Assembly (NCBI GenBank): GCA_937976335.1 | Contig: CALJRW010000023.1 | Location: 511 to 64,510 of the forward strand | Direction: 5' to 3' | Source of the DNA: an uncultured bacterium | Lineage (GTDB): Bacteria > Bdellovibrionota_C > UBA2361 > CALJRW01 | DNA length: 64,000 bases | Shown here: one piece after another, positions 8,805 through 17,963 of the stretch | Layout: every line of letters begins with the position of its first letter | Position numbering within the stretch: position 1 is the first letter of the stretch | Notes under the pieces: model-generated | Told to the model about the DNA's origin: nothing | Databases searched by the model: none | The model's input: the letters and a program-made list of their open reading frames with translations, nothing else | Position numbers and translations under genes: made by a program

Positions 8805-8986
8805 ATACTGAAGGAAATCAAAGATTTCCAGAAGTCCCTCAACGTGCTCTCTCCTGAAGCTTTCGCTAAGGAATAAGAGATAAGCATTTTGAGAGTATGA
8901 TAGCAATTAATAAGAAAATTAAGAAATTCATTGTTTGTTATACTTATTGCTCGCTCAAGTTATTGAGATTTAAGGAGAATTAAAAA

Positions 8987-10189
8987 ATGTCAGAAGAAAA
9001 TAATACTACTGAAGAAGTAGAATCGGAAACAGCAGAGGCTGCAACTACTGCTGAAACTAAAAACGAAGTTGCTAAGCATTATTACTATGAATTGGAGAGC
9101 GATCTTCTTTCAAAACCCAGAGCACTAACTTCACTTATCATGACAACAGAAAATTGTTCGTGTGTAATTTTTTGTAATTCTCCATCTGAAGCTGACTTAG
9201 TGGATGTCATGCTTAAAAAAGAGGATATTGCAACTGAAAAACTTATTGGAAGAGTGCCGCATTCTCAAGTAGTGCAGACTATTAAGGAAGCTCAAAATGG
9301 GAATGTTACAGCAGTTGTAATAACTGATGTTGCTGCAAGAGACTTAGATTCAATTGATGTAGATTATATTGTTAATTATTCCGTACATGAAGATCCTGAG
9401 ATTTATCTTCATAGAATCAATGGTTACGAAAAATGTTCTCGTCTATCTAAAGTTATAACTTTTGTAAATCCAGCAGATTTTGGTAATTTTCATTATCTTA
9501 AAAAATGTATGGAGTTTGAAATCGAGAAAGGAGAACTTCCAAATGACGATAAGGTTGCAGAAGTTAAGTTTGAAAGCATGATTAACAGAACGTTAAAAGA
9601 TGCGGAGAGCTGTGATGAAGTAACTAAGAAAATGGCTGCTAAGATTCTTGAGAGAGAAGATAAGGAGCTAATCGTTGCGACCCTTTTACATAAATCTTTA
9701 AATCAAGCGCCTCCAACAAAAAGAGGTGGACGTTCTAGGGATGGTGGAAGATCTGACTATAGAGATAATCGGGATAAGAGAGGTCGTGACAGAGATGGTA
9801 GAAGATCGGATTATAAAGAAAGAAAGCAATTGCCTCCAACTAAGAAAGATATCAGATTCTACATTGGACATGGAAGTGAAGAAAAAATGAATGAAAAAGC
9901 CTTTACAGAGCTTGTCGGTAAAGCTGAAGGTGATTTTCCAATTGAGAACTTAAAGCGTTTTAACTCAAGAAAATTATATTCTTTTGTTGATATTGATGAA
10001 GATTTAGTTGATTCGTTTACTAATTTAGCAGATTCTATAGAATTTAATGGCTCTAAAATGATTTGGAATAAAGCAACACTTATTCCTCAGCCTAGAGACG
10101 AAGATGCTAAAAAAGCAAGTTCGGATTCAGATGGAGAGGAAGTCGAAGTTAAAGAAGCTCCTGCTGTCGAAGTGGAGGCCAGTGCTTAG
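8987..10189 (+). CDS. DEAD-box-helicase-derived protein: RecA2 (helicase C) domain plus DbpA/DeaD-type RNA-binding domain, with no RecA1/ATP-binding domain
   Basis: Motif IV-like VIFCNS and motif V-like VVITDVAARDLD. Motif VI is degenerate (HRINGYEK instead of HRIGRTGR). An R/D/G-rich linker (RGGRSRDGGRSDYRDNRDKRGRDRDGRRSDY) is followed by IRFYIGHGSEEKMNEKAFTELV...SFVDIDEDL, resembling the DeaD/DbpA C-terminal domain. No Walker A or DEAD box is present anywhere in the ORF or in the 80-180 nt upstream. Confidence 0.6.
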   Translation: MSEENNTTEEVESETAEAATTAETKNEVAKHYYYELESDLLSKPRALTSLIMTTENCSCVIFCNSPSEADLVDVMLKKEDIATEKLIGRVPHSQVVQTIKEAQNGNVTAVVITDVAARDLDSIDVDYIVNYSVHEDPEIYLHRINGYEKCSRLSKVITFVNPADFGNFHYLKKCMEFEIEKGELPNDDKVAEVKFESMINRTLKDAESCDEVTKKMAAKILEREDKELIVATLLHKSLNQAPPTKRGGRSRDGGRSDYRDNRDKRGRDRDGRRSDYKERKQLPPTKKDIRFYIGHGSEEKMNEKAFTELVGKAEGDFPIENLKRFNSRKLYSFVDIDEDLVDSFTNLADSIEFNGSKMIWNKATLIPQPRDEDAKKASSDSDGEEVEVKEAPAVEVEASA

Positions 10190-10223
10190 TAATTAAGACT
10201 CTTAACACTTACTAATATGTCAC

Positions 10224-10262
10224 GAGTTTCAAAAACTTTTCCTAGAAAAATTTTTGAAACTC
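10224..10262. terminator. Bidirectional hairpin between convergent genes
   Basis: Perfect 12-bp stem GAGTTTCAAAAA / TTTTTGAAACTC (10224-10235 and 10251-10262). A/T runs inside the arms allow function on either strand. Confidence 0.55.
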
Positions 10263-10323
10263 ACTAGTGGGGTTTGCTGAGAAAGACAGTAGTAATTCGA
10301 GTTTGCTAAAAAAAAATCAAAGT

Positions 10324-10707
10324 TTATTTAACGAGTTTTAAATTCTTTCTAAGATCTTCTTTAGAAAGGGCAGCATTTTGCTTGGTTTCTTTTTTCACTT
10401 TGTCTTTCTCTTGCTCAAATAAATAATGCTCATTATTTTCTGTGGTACAAGCAAAGATAGACTGAATTGGAATTACACAGTCAAAGCGTTCATTCTTGCT
10501 AAATAAAAGAGTAGCTAGGATTTTTTCTTTAAGCACTTCAACGCTAGTTTCGAAGTAATAGCTTAATTTTAAAGTTACATGTAGGTCTTTTTTTAGATAT
10601 TCAGGAATAATTAGTTCAGGGTGTTGAGTGTTGGCATGAATAAATAAATGCTTATCTTTAGCAAGATAGGTTTTTATGGTTTTGCGTGCATCAGATGAGG
10701 TTTTCAT
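10324..10707 (-). CDS. sspB: SspB-like ClpXP adaptor protein
   Basis: 127 aa. The core aligns by eye with E. coli SspB (LFIHANTQHPELIIPEYLKKDLHVTLKLS... / ...FDCVIPIQSIFACTTENNEHYLFEQE versus LVVDVTLPGVQVPMEYARDGQIVLNIA... / ...VSVPLAAVLAIYARENGAGTMFEPE). The C-terminus ...LKLVK resembles the SspB ClpX-binding tail ...LRVVK. Confidence 0.55.
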   Translation of the reverse strand: MKTSSDARKTIKTYLAKDKHLFIHANTQHPELIIPEYLKKDLHVTLKLSYYFETSVEVLKEKILATLLFSKNERFDCVIPIQSIFACTTENNEHYLFEQEKDKVKKETKQNAALSKEDLRKNLKLVK

Positions 10708-10965
10708 TTTAAGATTCAGTATAACAGAAAATTTCAGAAGAGTTAGGGTGAAGAGTAAGAGCTTAATAAACTCAACAATATTGCATTATGAAGAAAACTC
10801 TATACTTCTTATCACCCAAACTTCTTTAACTTTTTTACTTTTTGAACATTTTTAGCTTTCTACTATTAATTTTCCATCTTTTTCAAATAAATAACCTCTG
10901 ATACCATTACGTACTGAATTCATACCTCAAAGTATTGTGTTTTGAATCGTTAAAAATAGGTTTTT

Positions 10966-13197
10966 ATGACAGTTACAGAATCATCCTTTATAAAAGAATC
11001 TCAAGATAGATATTTAACTTATGCTTTAAGTGTTGTTTCTGGCCGTGCCCTTCCTGATATACGTGATGGTCTTAAGCCTGTTCAAAGAAGAATTCTATAC
11101 GCAATGTTAAAGAATTTAAATTTAAAACATTCTGGAAATCATAAAAAATCTGCTGCTGTAGTTGGAGAAGTTTTAGCTAAGTTTCATCCTCATGGAGATG
11201 TTTCTTGTTATGAAGCAATGGTTAGAATGGCTCAAAGTTTTTCATATCGCTATCCCTTAGTAGATGGCCAAGGAAATTTCGGATCTCTTGATGGTGATTC
11301 TGCTGCGGCTTACAGATATACTGAAGTTCGTCTTCAAGAAATAGCACTTGAAATTTTGGGTGAAATTGATGAAGAAACTGTAGGTTTTAGAGATAATTTT
11401 GATTCAACAACAATTGAGCCTGCGGTTCTACCTAGTAGAATTCCAAATTTATTGGTAAATGGAGTAACGGGAATTGCTGTGGGGATGGCAACAAATATTC
11501 CTCCACATAATTTAAAGGAAGTAAATAATGCGCTCATTGCTCTAATTAAAGATCCAAAATTAACAATTAGTAATATCCTAAATCATATAAAAGGTCCTGA
11601 TTTTCCAGTAGGTTGCTCTATCCTAAATTCAAAATCTGAGTTGAAAGAAATTTATCAATCTGGACGAGGTCCAATAAAAATGCGTGGTAATTGGAAATTG
11701 GAACCCTTGGAGCGTGGAAAAAAAGGAATTGTAGTCAACAGTATTCCTTATACAGTAAATAAAGCTACCTTAGTTGAAAAAATTGCTTCTCTTATAATAG
11801 ATAAAAAATTACCTTTACTAATAGATGTCCGTGATGAATCAACAGAAGAAATTAGAATTGTTTTAGAGCTTGCAAATGATGCTGATCCAGAATTAGTGCT
11901 TGCATATTTGTATAAAAATACAAATTTAGAATTAAACTTTAATGTTAATCTAACTTGCTTAATTCCTGATGGTCAAGCGTTGATCCCAAGACAAACAAAC
12001 CTAAAAGAAATTTTGCAAGTTTTTATAGATTTTAGAATTGAAGTTGTTAAATCACGTCTATTATTTGAAAAGAAAAATTTAGAAGAAAGACTTCATATTT
12101 TAGAAGGCTTTAAAAAAATCTTTGATAAATTAGATGAAGCAATTAAAATTGTTAGAAAAAGTGATGGTAGATCAGATGCGGCTGAAAAATTAAGAAAGAA
12201 ATTTAAGCTTACTGAAATACAATCTTTTGCAGTAGTTGATATGCGAATATATCAACTATCAAGAACAAATATTGATGAAATACTTGCTGAGCTAAAGGAA
12301 AAGAAAAAGAGAGTTGCAGAAATTGAGAAAATTTTAAAAAGTATAAAGAAAATTAAAGATCTTGTTATTAAGGATTTAGAAAAAATTTCAGAAAAATTTG
12401 GCGATAAGCGTCTTTCTAAGATTATTAAGAATCATCAAGAAGAAGAATTTAATGAATCTGATTACATCGTTCAAGAAGATGTTTTTGCTATTATTACTAG
12501 AGATGGTTGGATAAAAAGAATTAGACAAAGCAATGATTATGAAAGTACAAGAATTAGAGAAGGTGATTCAATTCTAACTGCGCATGCTGCTTCAACTGTA
12601 GATACTGCTGTAATTTTTTCTAATTTAGGTTATCTTTATAGTATTAACGTAACTGATTTTCCTTCTTCTAGTGGTTACGGAGATCCTATTCAAAAAATTC
12701 TTAAATTTAGAGATGGTGAAAAAGTAGTAAAAAGTTTTCTTTATCGCTCGGAAAACTCGGAATTTAATGAAAAGACTAAGATTTTATTAGTTAGTGCAAA
12801 AGGAATGGGATTTACAATGCTTGTTGGTGATTTTCTAGGCTTAAAACGAAGTGGCCGTCGTGTGATGAAACCAAAAAAAGATGATGCTTTAGTCTCTGTA
12901 ATTATTCCAAGTAAGAAACAAGCTTTTTTTACGAAAAAAGCTTCAGGTTTAGTTCTTCCTGCTAAAGAAATTCCTGATAGAAATCCTGGAGCTGTTGGAG
13001 TAATTTTAATGAGTATTAGAAAAGATGATGAGTTGGTGGGAGCTTTTTCATTTAAATCAGCATGTAAAATTCCAATTAGGGACGCCAAAGGAAAAATTAA
13101 AGATATCGATAGTTCTAAAATTACATCAGGTAGACGAGCATTAAAAGGAACGAAAGTTATGTCTACTGGAAAAATTTCTGGAGTTTTAGATGACTAA
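10966..13197 (+). CDS. parC: Type IIA DNA topoisomerase subunit A (topoisomerase IV ParC-like)
   Basis: 743 aa. [19 protein letters not shown] and the catalytic Tyr context [11 protein letters not shown]. The short C-terminal domain has no recognisable GyrA box, which favours ParC over GyrA. Confidence 0.85.
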   Translation: MTVTESSFIKESQDRYLTYALSVVSGRALPDIRDGLKPVQRRILYAMLKNLNLKHSGNHKKSAAVVGEVLAKFHPHGDVSCYEAMVRMAQSFSYRYPLVDGQGNFGSLDGDSAAAYRYTEVRLQEIALEILGEIDEETVGFRDNFDSTTIEPAVLPSRIPNLLVNGVTGIAVGMATNIPPHNLKEVNNALIALIKDPKLTISNILNHIKGPDFPVGCSILNSKSELKEIYQSGRGPIKMRGNWKLEPLERGKKGIVVNSIPYTVNKATLVEKIASLIIDKKLPLLIDVRDESTEEIRIVLELANDADPELVLAYLYKNTNLELNFNVNLTCLIPDGQALIPRQTNLKEILQVFIDFRIEVVKSRLLFEKKNLEERLHILEGFKKIFDKLDEAIKIVRKSDGRSDAAEKLRKKFKLTEIQSFAVVDMRIYQLSRTNIDEILAELKEKKKRVAEIEKILKSIKKIKDLVIKDLEKISEKFGDKRLSKIIKNHQEEEFNESDYIVQEDVFAIITRDGWIKRIRQSNDYESTRIREGDSILTAHAASTVDTAVIFSNLGYLYSINVTDFPSSSGYGDPIQKILKFRDGEKVVKSFLYRSENSEFNEKTKILLVSAKGMGFTMLVGDFLGLKRSGRRVMKPKKDDALVSVIIPSKKQAFFTKKASGLVLPAKEIPDRNPGAVGVILMSIRKDDELVGAFSFKSACKIPIRDAKGKIKDIDSSKITSGRRALKGTKVMSTGKISGVLDD

Positions 13198-15127
13198 AGC
13201 TAAAAAAAAGAAAGAATACAAAGCAGTAGATATTGACGTTTTAGAGGGCTTAGATCCAGTTCGCAAACGTCCAGGTATGTATATTGGTGGCACCGAAGGC
13301 TATCATGGTTTGCATCATTTGTTAAAAGAGATTCTTGATAATTCAATTGATGAAGCCATGAATGGTTTTGCTAGTAAAATTGCAGTTATTCTCCATAAAG
13401 ATCAAGAAAGTGTCACTATTGAAGATAATGGAAGAGGGGTGCCAGTTGATATGCATCCAAAGTTTAAAAAACCAGCACTTGAAATTATTTTAACAACACT
13501 TCATGCCGGTGGTAAATTTTCAGAAAAAAATTATGTAGCTGCAGGTGGATTGCATGGTGTGGGATCTTCTGTTGTAAATGCTCTTTCAGAAGAGCTTGTT
13601 GCGACAGTTAATAAAGATGGATATGAATGGGAACAAAAATACTCACGAGGAAAAGCTAAAAGTAAGTTAAAGAAAGGTAAGAAATCTAAACTTACCGGAA
13701 CTAAAATATTTTTTAGACCTGATAAAGAAATTTTTAAAAGTACTAAATATAAATTAGAAGAAGTTAGAAAAACTCTAGAAGAAAAAGCTTTTCTAAACAA
13801 AGGCTTAAAAATTGAATTTTTTGATGAACTGAATAAGAAAAAAGAAATTTTTTTCTATAAAGAAGGAATTAAGGCTTTTTTAGAAAAAACCTTGCAAGAA
13901 AAAAATTATAAAAGAATAACAGCAGAGCCTTTTTATTTAGAAGGTAAAGATAAAATTAAAACTGAAATTGCTTTTATTTGGACAGAAAGCTCAAAAGGTT
14001 CTTTTCATTCATATATCAATGGAATTCCAACTCCTTCTGGAGGAAGTCATGATGATGGCTTTAAAAATGGACTTACAAAAAGTATTAGAAATTATATGAA
14101 TGTTCATAGCCTTTTACCTAAAGGAGTAAAGCTTACAGCTGATGACATGAGAGAGGGGATGGTAGGTATAATCTCAGTACAAGTTCCAGCAAGTTTTGCT
14201 CAACTTCAATTTCAAGGACAAACAAAAGATAAGCTAAATAATCCAGAAGTTACTCCTTTAGTTGAAAAACTTACTAAAACTTTTGAGAATTATTTAAATT
14301 CAAATCCAAATGTTGCCAATGTCATTATTGAAAGAATAATTCTTGCTTCAAAAGCGCGAGCTGCAGCTAGAACTGCATCAAAAAGTGTTTCTAGAAGTGT
14401 TGGTGCTTCAAGAAGACTTAATTTACCAGGAAAGTTAGCTGATTGTTCAGCAAAATCTGCTGCAAAATCAGAGATTTTTATTGTTGAGGGGGACTCTGCA
14501 GGTGGAAGTGCGAAGCAAGGAAGAGATAGAAAAACGCAGGCAATATTTCCTTTAAAGGGAAAAGTTATTAATTCAATTGCATCGACTGATAGTAAGGTAA
14601 GAGAAAATAAAGAATTAATGGATCTTGTAAGAGCTTTGGGTTGTGGTTCTGGAGAGCATATCAATGTTTCAAAGCTTAGATACGGAAAAGTTGTAATTCT
14701 AACAGATGCTGATTCAGATGGATGTCACATTGCAGCACTTTTAATGGCATTCTTTTTTAAACATTTAAAGCCCTTAATTGATGAAGGATATTTGTATTTA
14801 GCTCAACCGCCTCTCTATAGGATAAGAGTTGGGCAAGGTGCAAAACTAGAACAACATTGGGTATACAGTGAGGAAGAGAAGGAAAAAATACTTACTAAGC
14901 TAAAATCAAGAAAAGTTCATGTAACTAGATTTAAAGGTCTAGGAGAGATGAACCCAAAAACTTTATGGGAGACTACACTTGATCCAAAAACTAGAAATCT
15001 TCTTAAAATTCAAGTAGTTGACCTAAAAATGACTAATCAAATACTTGAAGGGTTACTTGGGAAAGACCCAAAAGAGAGATTTAAACTTATTCAAGATAAT
15101 GCCGATAGGTTTGAAGTAGATATTTAA
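13190..15127 (+). CDS. parE: Type IIA DNA topoisomerase subunit B (topoisomerase IV ParE-like)
   Basis: 645 aa. GHKL ATPase motifs ([41 protein letters not shown]). Toprim motifs [15 protein letters not shown] and [10 protein letters not shown]. Overlaps the subunit A gene by 8 nt. Confidence 0.85.
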   Translation: MTKAKKKKEYKAVDIDVLEGLDPVRKRPGMYIGGTEGYHGLHHLLKEILDNSIDEAMNGFASKIAVILHKDQESVTIEDNGRGVPVDMHPKFKKPALEIILTTLHAGGKFSEKNYVAAGGLHGVGSSVVNALSEELVATVNKDGYEWEQKYSRGKAKSKLKKGKKSKLTGTKIFFRPDKEIFKSTKYKLEEVRKTLEEKAFLNKGLKIEFFDELNKKKEIFFYKEGIKAFLEKTLQEKNYKRITAEPFYLEGKDKIKTEIAFIWTESSKGSFHSYINGIPTPSGGSHDDGFKNGLTKSIRNYMNVHSLLPKGVKLTADDMREGMVGIISVQVPASFAQLQFQGQTKDKLNNPEVTPLVEKLTKTFENYLNSNPNVANVIIERIILASKARAAARTASKSVSRSVGASRRLNLPGKLADCSAKSAAKSEIFIVEGDSAGGSAKQGRDRKTQAIFPLKGKVINSIASTDSKVRENKELMDLVRALGCGSGEHINVSKLRYGKVVILTDADSDGCHIAALLMAFFFKHLKPLIDEGYLYLAQPPLYRIRVGQGAKLEQHWVYSEEEKEKILTKLKSRKVHVTRFKGLGEMNPKTLWETTLDPKTRNLLKIQVVDLKMTNQILEGLLGKDPKERFKLIQDNADRFEVDI

Positions 15128-15181
15128 TTTGTACATGCGTTGCCTGAAAGTGGTTAAAATGGCTATAGTTCCCGAATTACT

Positions 15182-15994
15182 ATGAGTTTCGAAATATTTA
15201 ATAATATAGAGGATTCCCTAAAAAGGATGGGTGAAAAATCACCAAACTGGGTAAAGACACGTACCGAGCCAGCTATTCATGTTACTCAAACTGGTGTGTC
15301 AGGACCTAACATTCTTTTACTTCATGGACTTTTTGGTGCAGTTTCAAATTGGGATAATATTCTTCCCTCAATGTCTCAATATGCAAAACTTCTAGCATTT
15401 AAATTTCCAATTTTAACTGGTACGAAACTTGAAGTTAGAGTGAAAGCGCTTGCGGCTTTAACTGAGTATTATATTAGAAAGAATGATTTAGCTCCTATGA
15501 TAATTTGTGGAAATTCGCTTGGTGGTCATGTTGCCCTTAGAGTTGCATTGTCATCTCCTGGACTTGTTTCAAAAATAATTCTTTCTGGATCTTCGGGGCT
15601 ATATGAACACACAGTAGATAGCCTTCCTGTAAGGCCAGACAGTAGCTTTGTTAGAGAGCATATGGATAGAGTTTTCTATAATAAAGAATTTATTACGGAA
15701 GAAGGAATAAAAGAAATTGCTGATATTTTAAATAATAAAACAGCTAGGGTTAATTTGATACATTCTGCAAAAAGCGCAAAGCGTGATAATTTATCAAAAT
15801 TACTTCCTCAGTTAAAAGCTGAAACATTACTTCTTTGGGGAGAGGAAGATAGAATTACTGATATGAAAGTTGGTAAGTCTTTTAATGATTTAATACCAAA
15901 CTCTAAACTTGAGTCCTGCGCTGAATGTGGGCATGCACCTATGATTGAGAAACCTGATTGGTTTTCGGAGAGAGTTAAGGAGTTTGTATCCTAA
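15182..15994 (+). CDS. Alpha/beta-fold hydrolase
   Basis: 270 aa. HG oxyanion region LLLHGLFG, nucleophile elbow GNSLGGHVAL, and distal GEEDRIT and CGHAPMIEKP motifs. Confidence 0.75.
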   Translation: MSFEIFNNIEDSLKRMGEKSPNWVKTRTEPAIHVTQTGVSGPNILLLHGLFGAVSNWDNILPSMSQYAKLLAFKFPILTGTKLEVRVKALAALTEYYIRKNDLAPMIICGNSLGGHVALRVALSSPGLVSKIILSGSSGLYEHTVDSLPVRPDSSFVREHMDRVFYNKEFITEEGIKEIADILNNKTARVNLIHSAKSAKRDNLSKLLPQLKAETLLLWGEEDRITDMKVGKSFNDLIPNSKLESCAECGHAPMIEKPDWFSERVKEFVS

Positions 15995-16002
15995 ATTTCT
16001 AT

Positions 16003-16026
16003 AGTTAAGAAAATAATTTCTTAACT
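16003..16026. terminator. Hairpin between convergent genes
   Basis: Perfect 10-bp stem AGTTAAGAAA / TTTCTTAACT with a 4-nt loop, 9 nt after the hydrolase stop. Confidence 0.5.
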
Positions 16027-16052
16027 AAAATTGAGGTTCTAAGGTGTTTTTG

Positions 16053-17507
16053 CTATCTTTCTTTATGTTGATTAACTAATCCGCTTAGCTTGCCTTCAAA
16101 TGTTTGAATTGCTTTACTAAGTTGACGTTCTGCTAATTTGAGATTTCTTATGTGTGCTTCTTTGTTAGCGATTGCTGTACCAGTAGATCTTCCTTTTTCT
16201 TCTTTTTCTTCTTTTTGTTTTTTTAGTGCTGCTAGTTCTCTATCATGTCTTCTAATTTCACTTTGAGCTGAACTTTTAATTCCTGAAGTTGCTTGAGATA
16301 CTTTTGTTAGGGCAGTTTCATAATCGCCATTAGCAATTTGTTTATCAATTATATTAGACAATGTGCGAGTGTTTGCTTTTAACTTATCTGCAGGGATTTT
16401 GATTGCTGAAAACTCTGAAGAAAAGTTTGCTTTGTTTTTTGTTTGAGTTTCTAAATTTTTTGGTGTCGCTTTTTTCTTAGTTTCATTAGTCTCAGTTTTT
16501 TTATTTTTGTCTTTTTTATCTGTAGTTATATCACTGTCAGTAATATTTTGTGCAACAAACATTATAGGTTTGAATTGTACTAAGACATCAAAAGTTATTC
16601 CTTCTTTAATTTTATTAGATCTATCAAGGTTGTAGATAGTATAAGTTTCATTTACTACATCTTCCCAGTCTATCAAGTAAGGTTGCTTATTAATATAAAA
16701 AATTTCATCAAGTACAAGTTCATCTTTTGACGTTATTTGAATTTCTTCATAATATTTCTGTCTAACTTGCTTTCTATCGCCTTTTTTAGCATTTTTGTAT
16801 TCAGCAATAAATTTTCTATGATGAGCTAATCTATCAATTTGTATTATTTCTTCACTAGGTGGTAATCGATCTTGTGTAAGATCTAAGGTAGCAGTGTCAT
16901 GTTGATTGTTTGGCGTACTAGTAGGCAATTGAGTATCAAGAGTTTTTTTAGTTGATTCTTTAGGTTTGGAATCTTTTTTCTCTTGCTCTTTTTCTTTCTC
17001 TGGTTCTGCTTCAAAACCATATTTAGCAATTTTTTCAATCTTAGCTCTTCTACTAGCTGTAATTTTTATCCCTTCTTCAGGAAATATTTTTTCAATATAC
17101 TTAATTAAAAAATTACATATTTTATTAAGTTTAATATAAAGTGCTTGAATTTTTCTGGCCTTATTATATGCAATTATTTCTTTGTCATCCTTTGTGGGTA
17201 GTTTATCCAGAGTTTCATCGTCAACTAAGGCATTCTTAGTAGTATTTCCATTTTCAATATAATTAATTGCTTTTTCTAAGGCTAGAAGTGGTTTAGAAAA
17301 TCTTTCCTGCCCTTTTCCTTCAAAAGATTTAGCTTCTTCTAGGATTTGATAAAATTTGGGGTGTTTTTTATAGACTGTCTTACGCCCTATCTCGGGTGGC
17401 CATAAATCTCTCGTTTGAGCTATTAAGTTTTCTATGTCTTTTGCGTTAACTAATCTTAGGGCAGTGCTAGTATGTAACGACGGGGAACTCAAAACAAATA
17501 CATCCAA
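16053..17507 (-). CDS. Hypothetical K/E-rich protein with coiled-coil C-terminus
   Basis: 484-aa uninterrupted ORF with lysine/glutamate-rich linkers. No signal peptide or recognisable motif. Confidence 0.45.
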   Translation of the reverse strand: MDVFVLSSPSLHTSTALRLVNAKDIENLIAQTRDLWPPEIGRKTVYKKHPKFYQILEEAKSFEGKGQERFSKPLLALEKAINYIENGNTTKNALVDDETLDKLPTKDDKEIIAYNKARKIQALYIKLNKICNFLIKYIEKIFPEEGIKITASRRAKIEKIAKYGFEAEPEKEKEQEKKDSKPKESTKKTLDTQLPTSTPNNQHDTATLDLTQDRLPPSEEIIQIDRLAHHRKFIAEYKNAKKGDRKQVRQKYYEEIQITSKDELVLDEIFYINKQPYLIDWEDVVNETYTIYNLDRSNKIKEGITFDVLVQFKPIMFVAQNITDSDITTDKKDKNKKTETNETKKKATPKNLETQTKNKANFSSEFSAIKIPADKLKANTRTLSNIIDKQIANGDYETALTKVSQATSGIKSSAQSEIRRHDRELAALKKQKEEKEEKGRSTGTAIANKEAHIRNLKLAERQLSKAIQTFEGKLSGLVNQHKER

Positions 17508-17695
17508 AAAATAAACATAGTCTAAATTATTAACAATTCTTTTGAAGTTAATAATTAAACCATTACTTAAGTATATGAAATTTAACGAATCTAATCAAGA
17601 AAACTGAGCAAGCATTTGTTTACTTTCCTCAATCTTATTGATATCTTATGTCAGTGTTAAATAAGCTGTATTAAAATTTATATGGAGTCCTCTTA

Positions 17696-17953
17696 ATGAC
17701 AGAAGCAAAAAAAGGAACATGCACCCAAAAAAAACCCTACGTTATGGAAATGGAGCCTGGGACATATTGGTGGTGTTCTTGCGGAAAATCCGAAAAACAG
17801 CCTTTTTGTGATGGAAAACATAAAAGCTCTGAATTTACGCCTATTAAGGTAGTGATTGATGAAGCTAAAAGAGTAGCTTGGTGTGGATGCAGACATAGCG
17901 ATAAAGAAAAAGGAGCTTTCTGTAATGGGGCTCATAACAGGATAGAAGAGTAG
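17696..17953 (+). CDS. CDGSH-type iron-sulfur domain protein (two CDGSH motifs)
   Basis: WCSCGKSEKQPFCDGKH and WCGCRHSDKEKGAFCNGAH. Confidence 0.85.
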   Translation: MTEAKKGTCTQKKPYVMEMEPGTYWWCSCGKSEKQPFCDGKHKSSEFTPIKVVIDEAKRVAWCGCRHSDKEKGAFCNGAHNRIEE

Positions 17954-17963
17954 AAAAAAAAAT

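Noticed and set aside
10966-15127. Calling the topoisomerase pair DNA gyrase (gyrA/gyrB).
   Set aside because: Subunit A is short (743 aa) and shows no GyrA-box-like QRRGGKG in its C-terminal domain. The A-then-B order with overlap is also atypical for gyrase loci. Topo IV is favoured, but this remains an inference.
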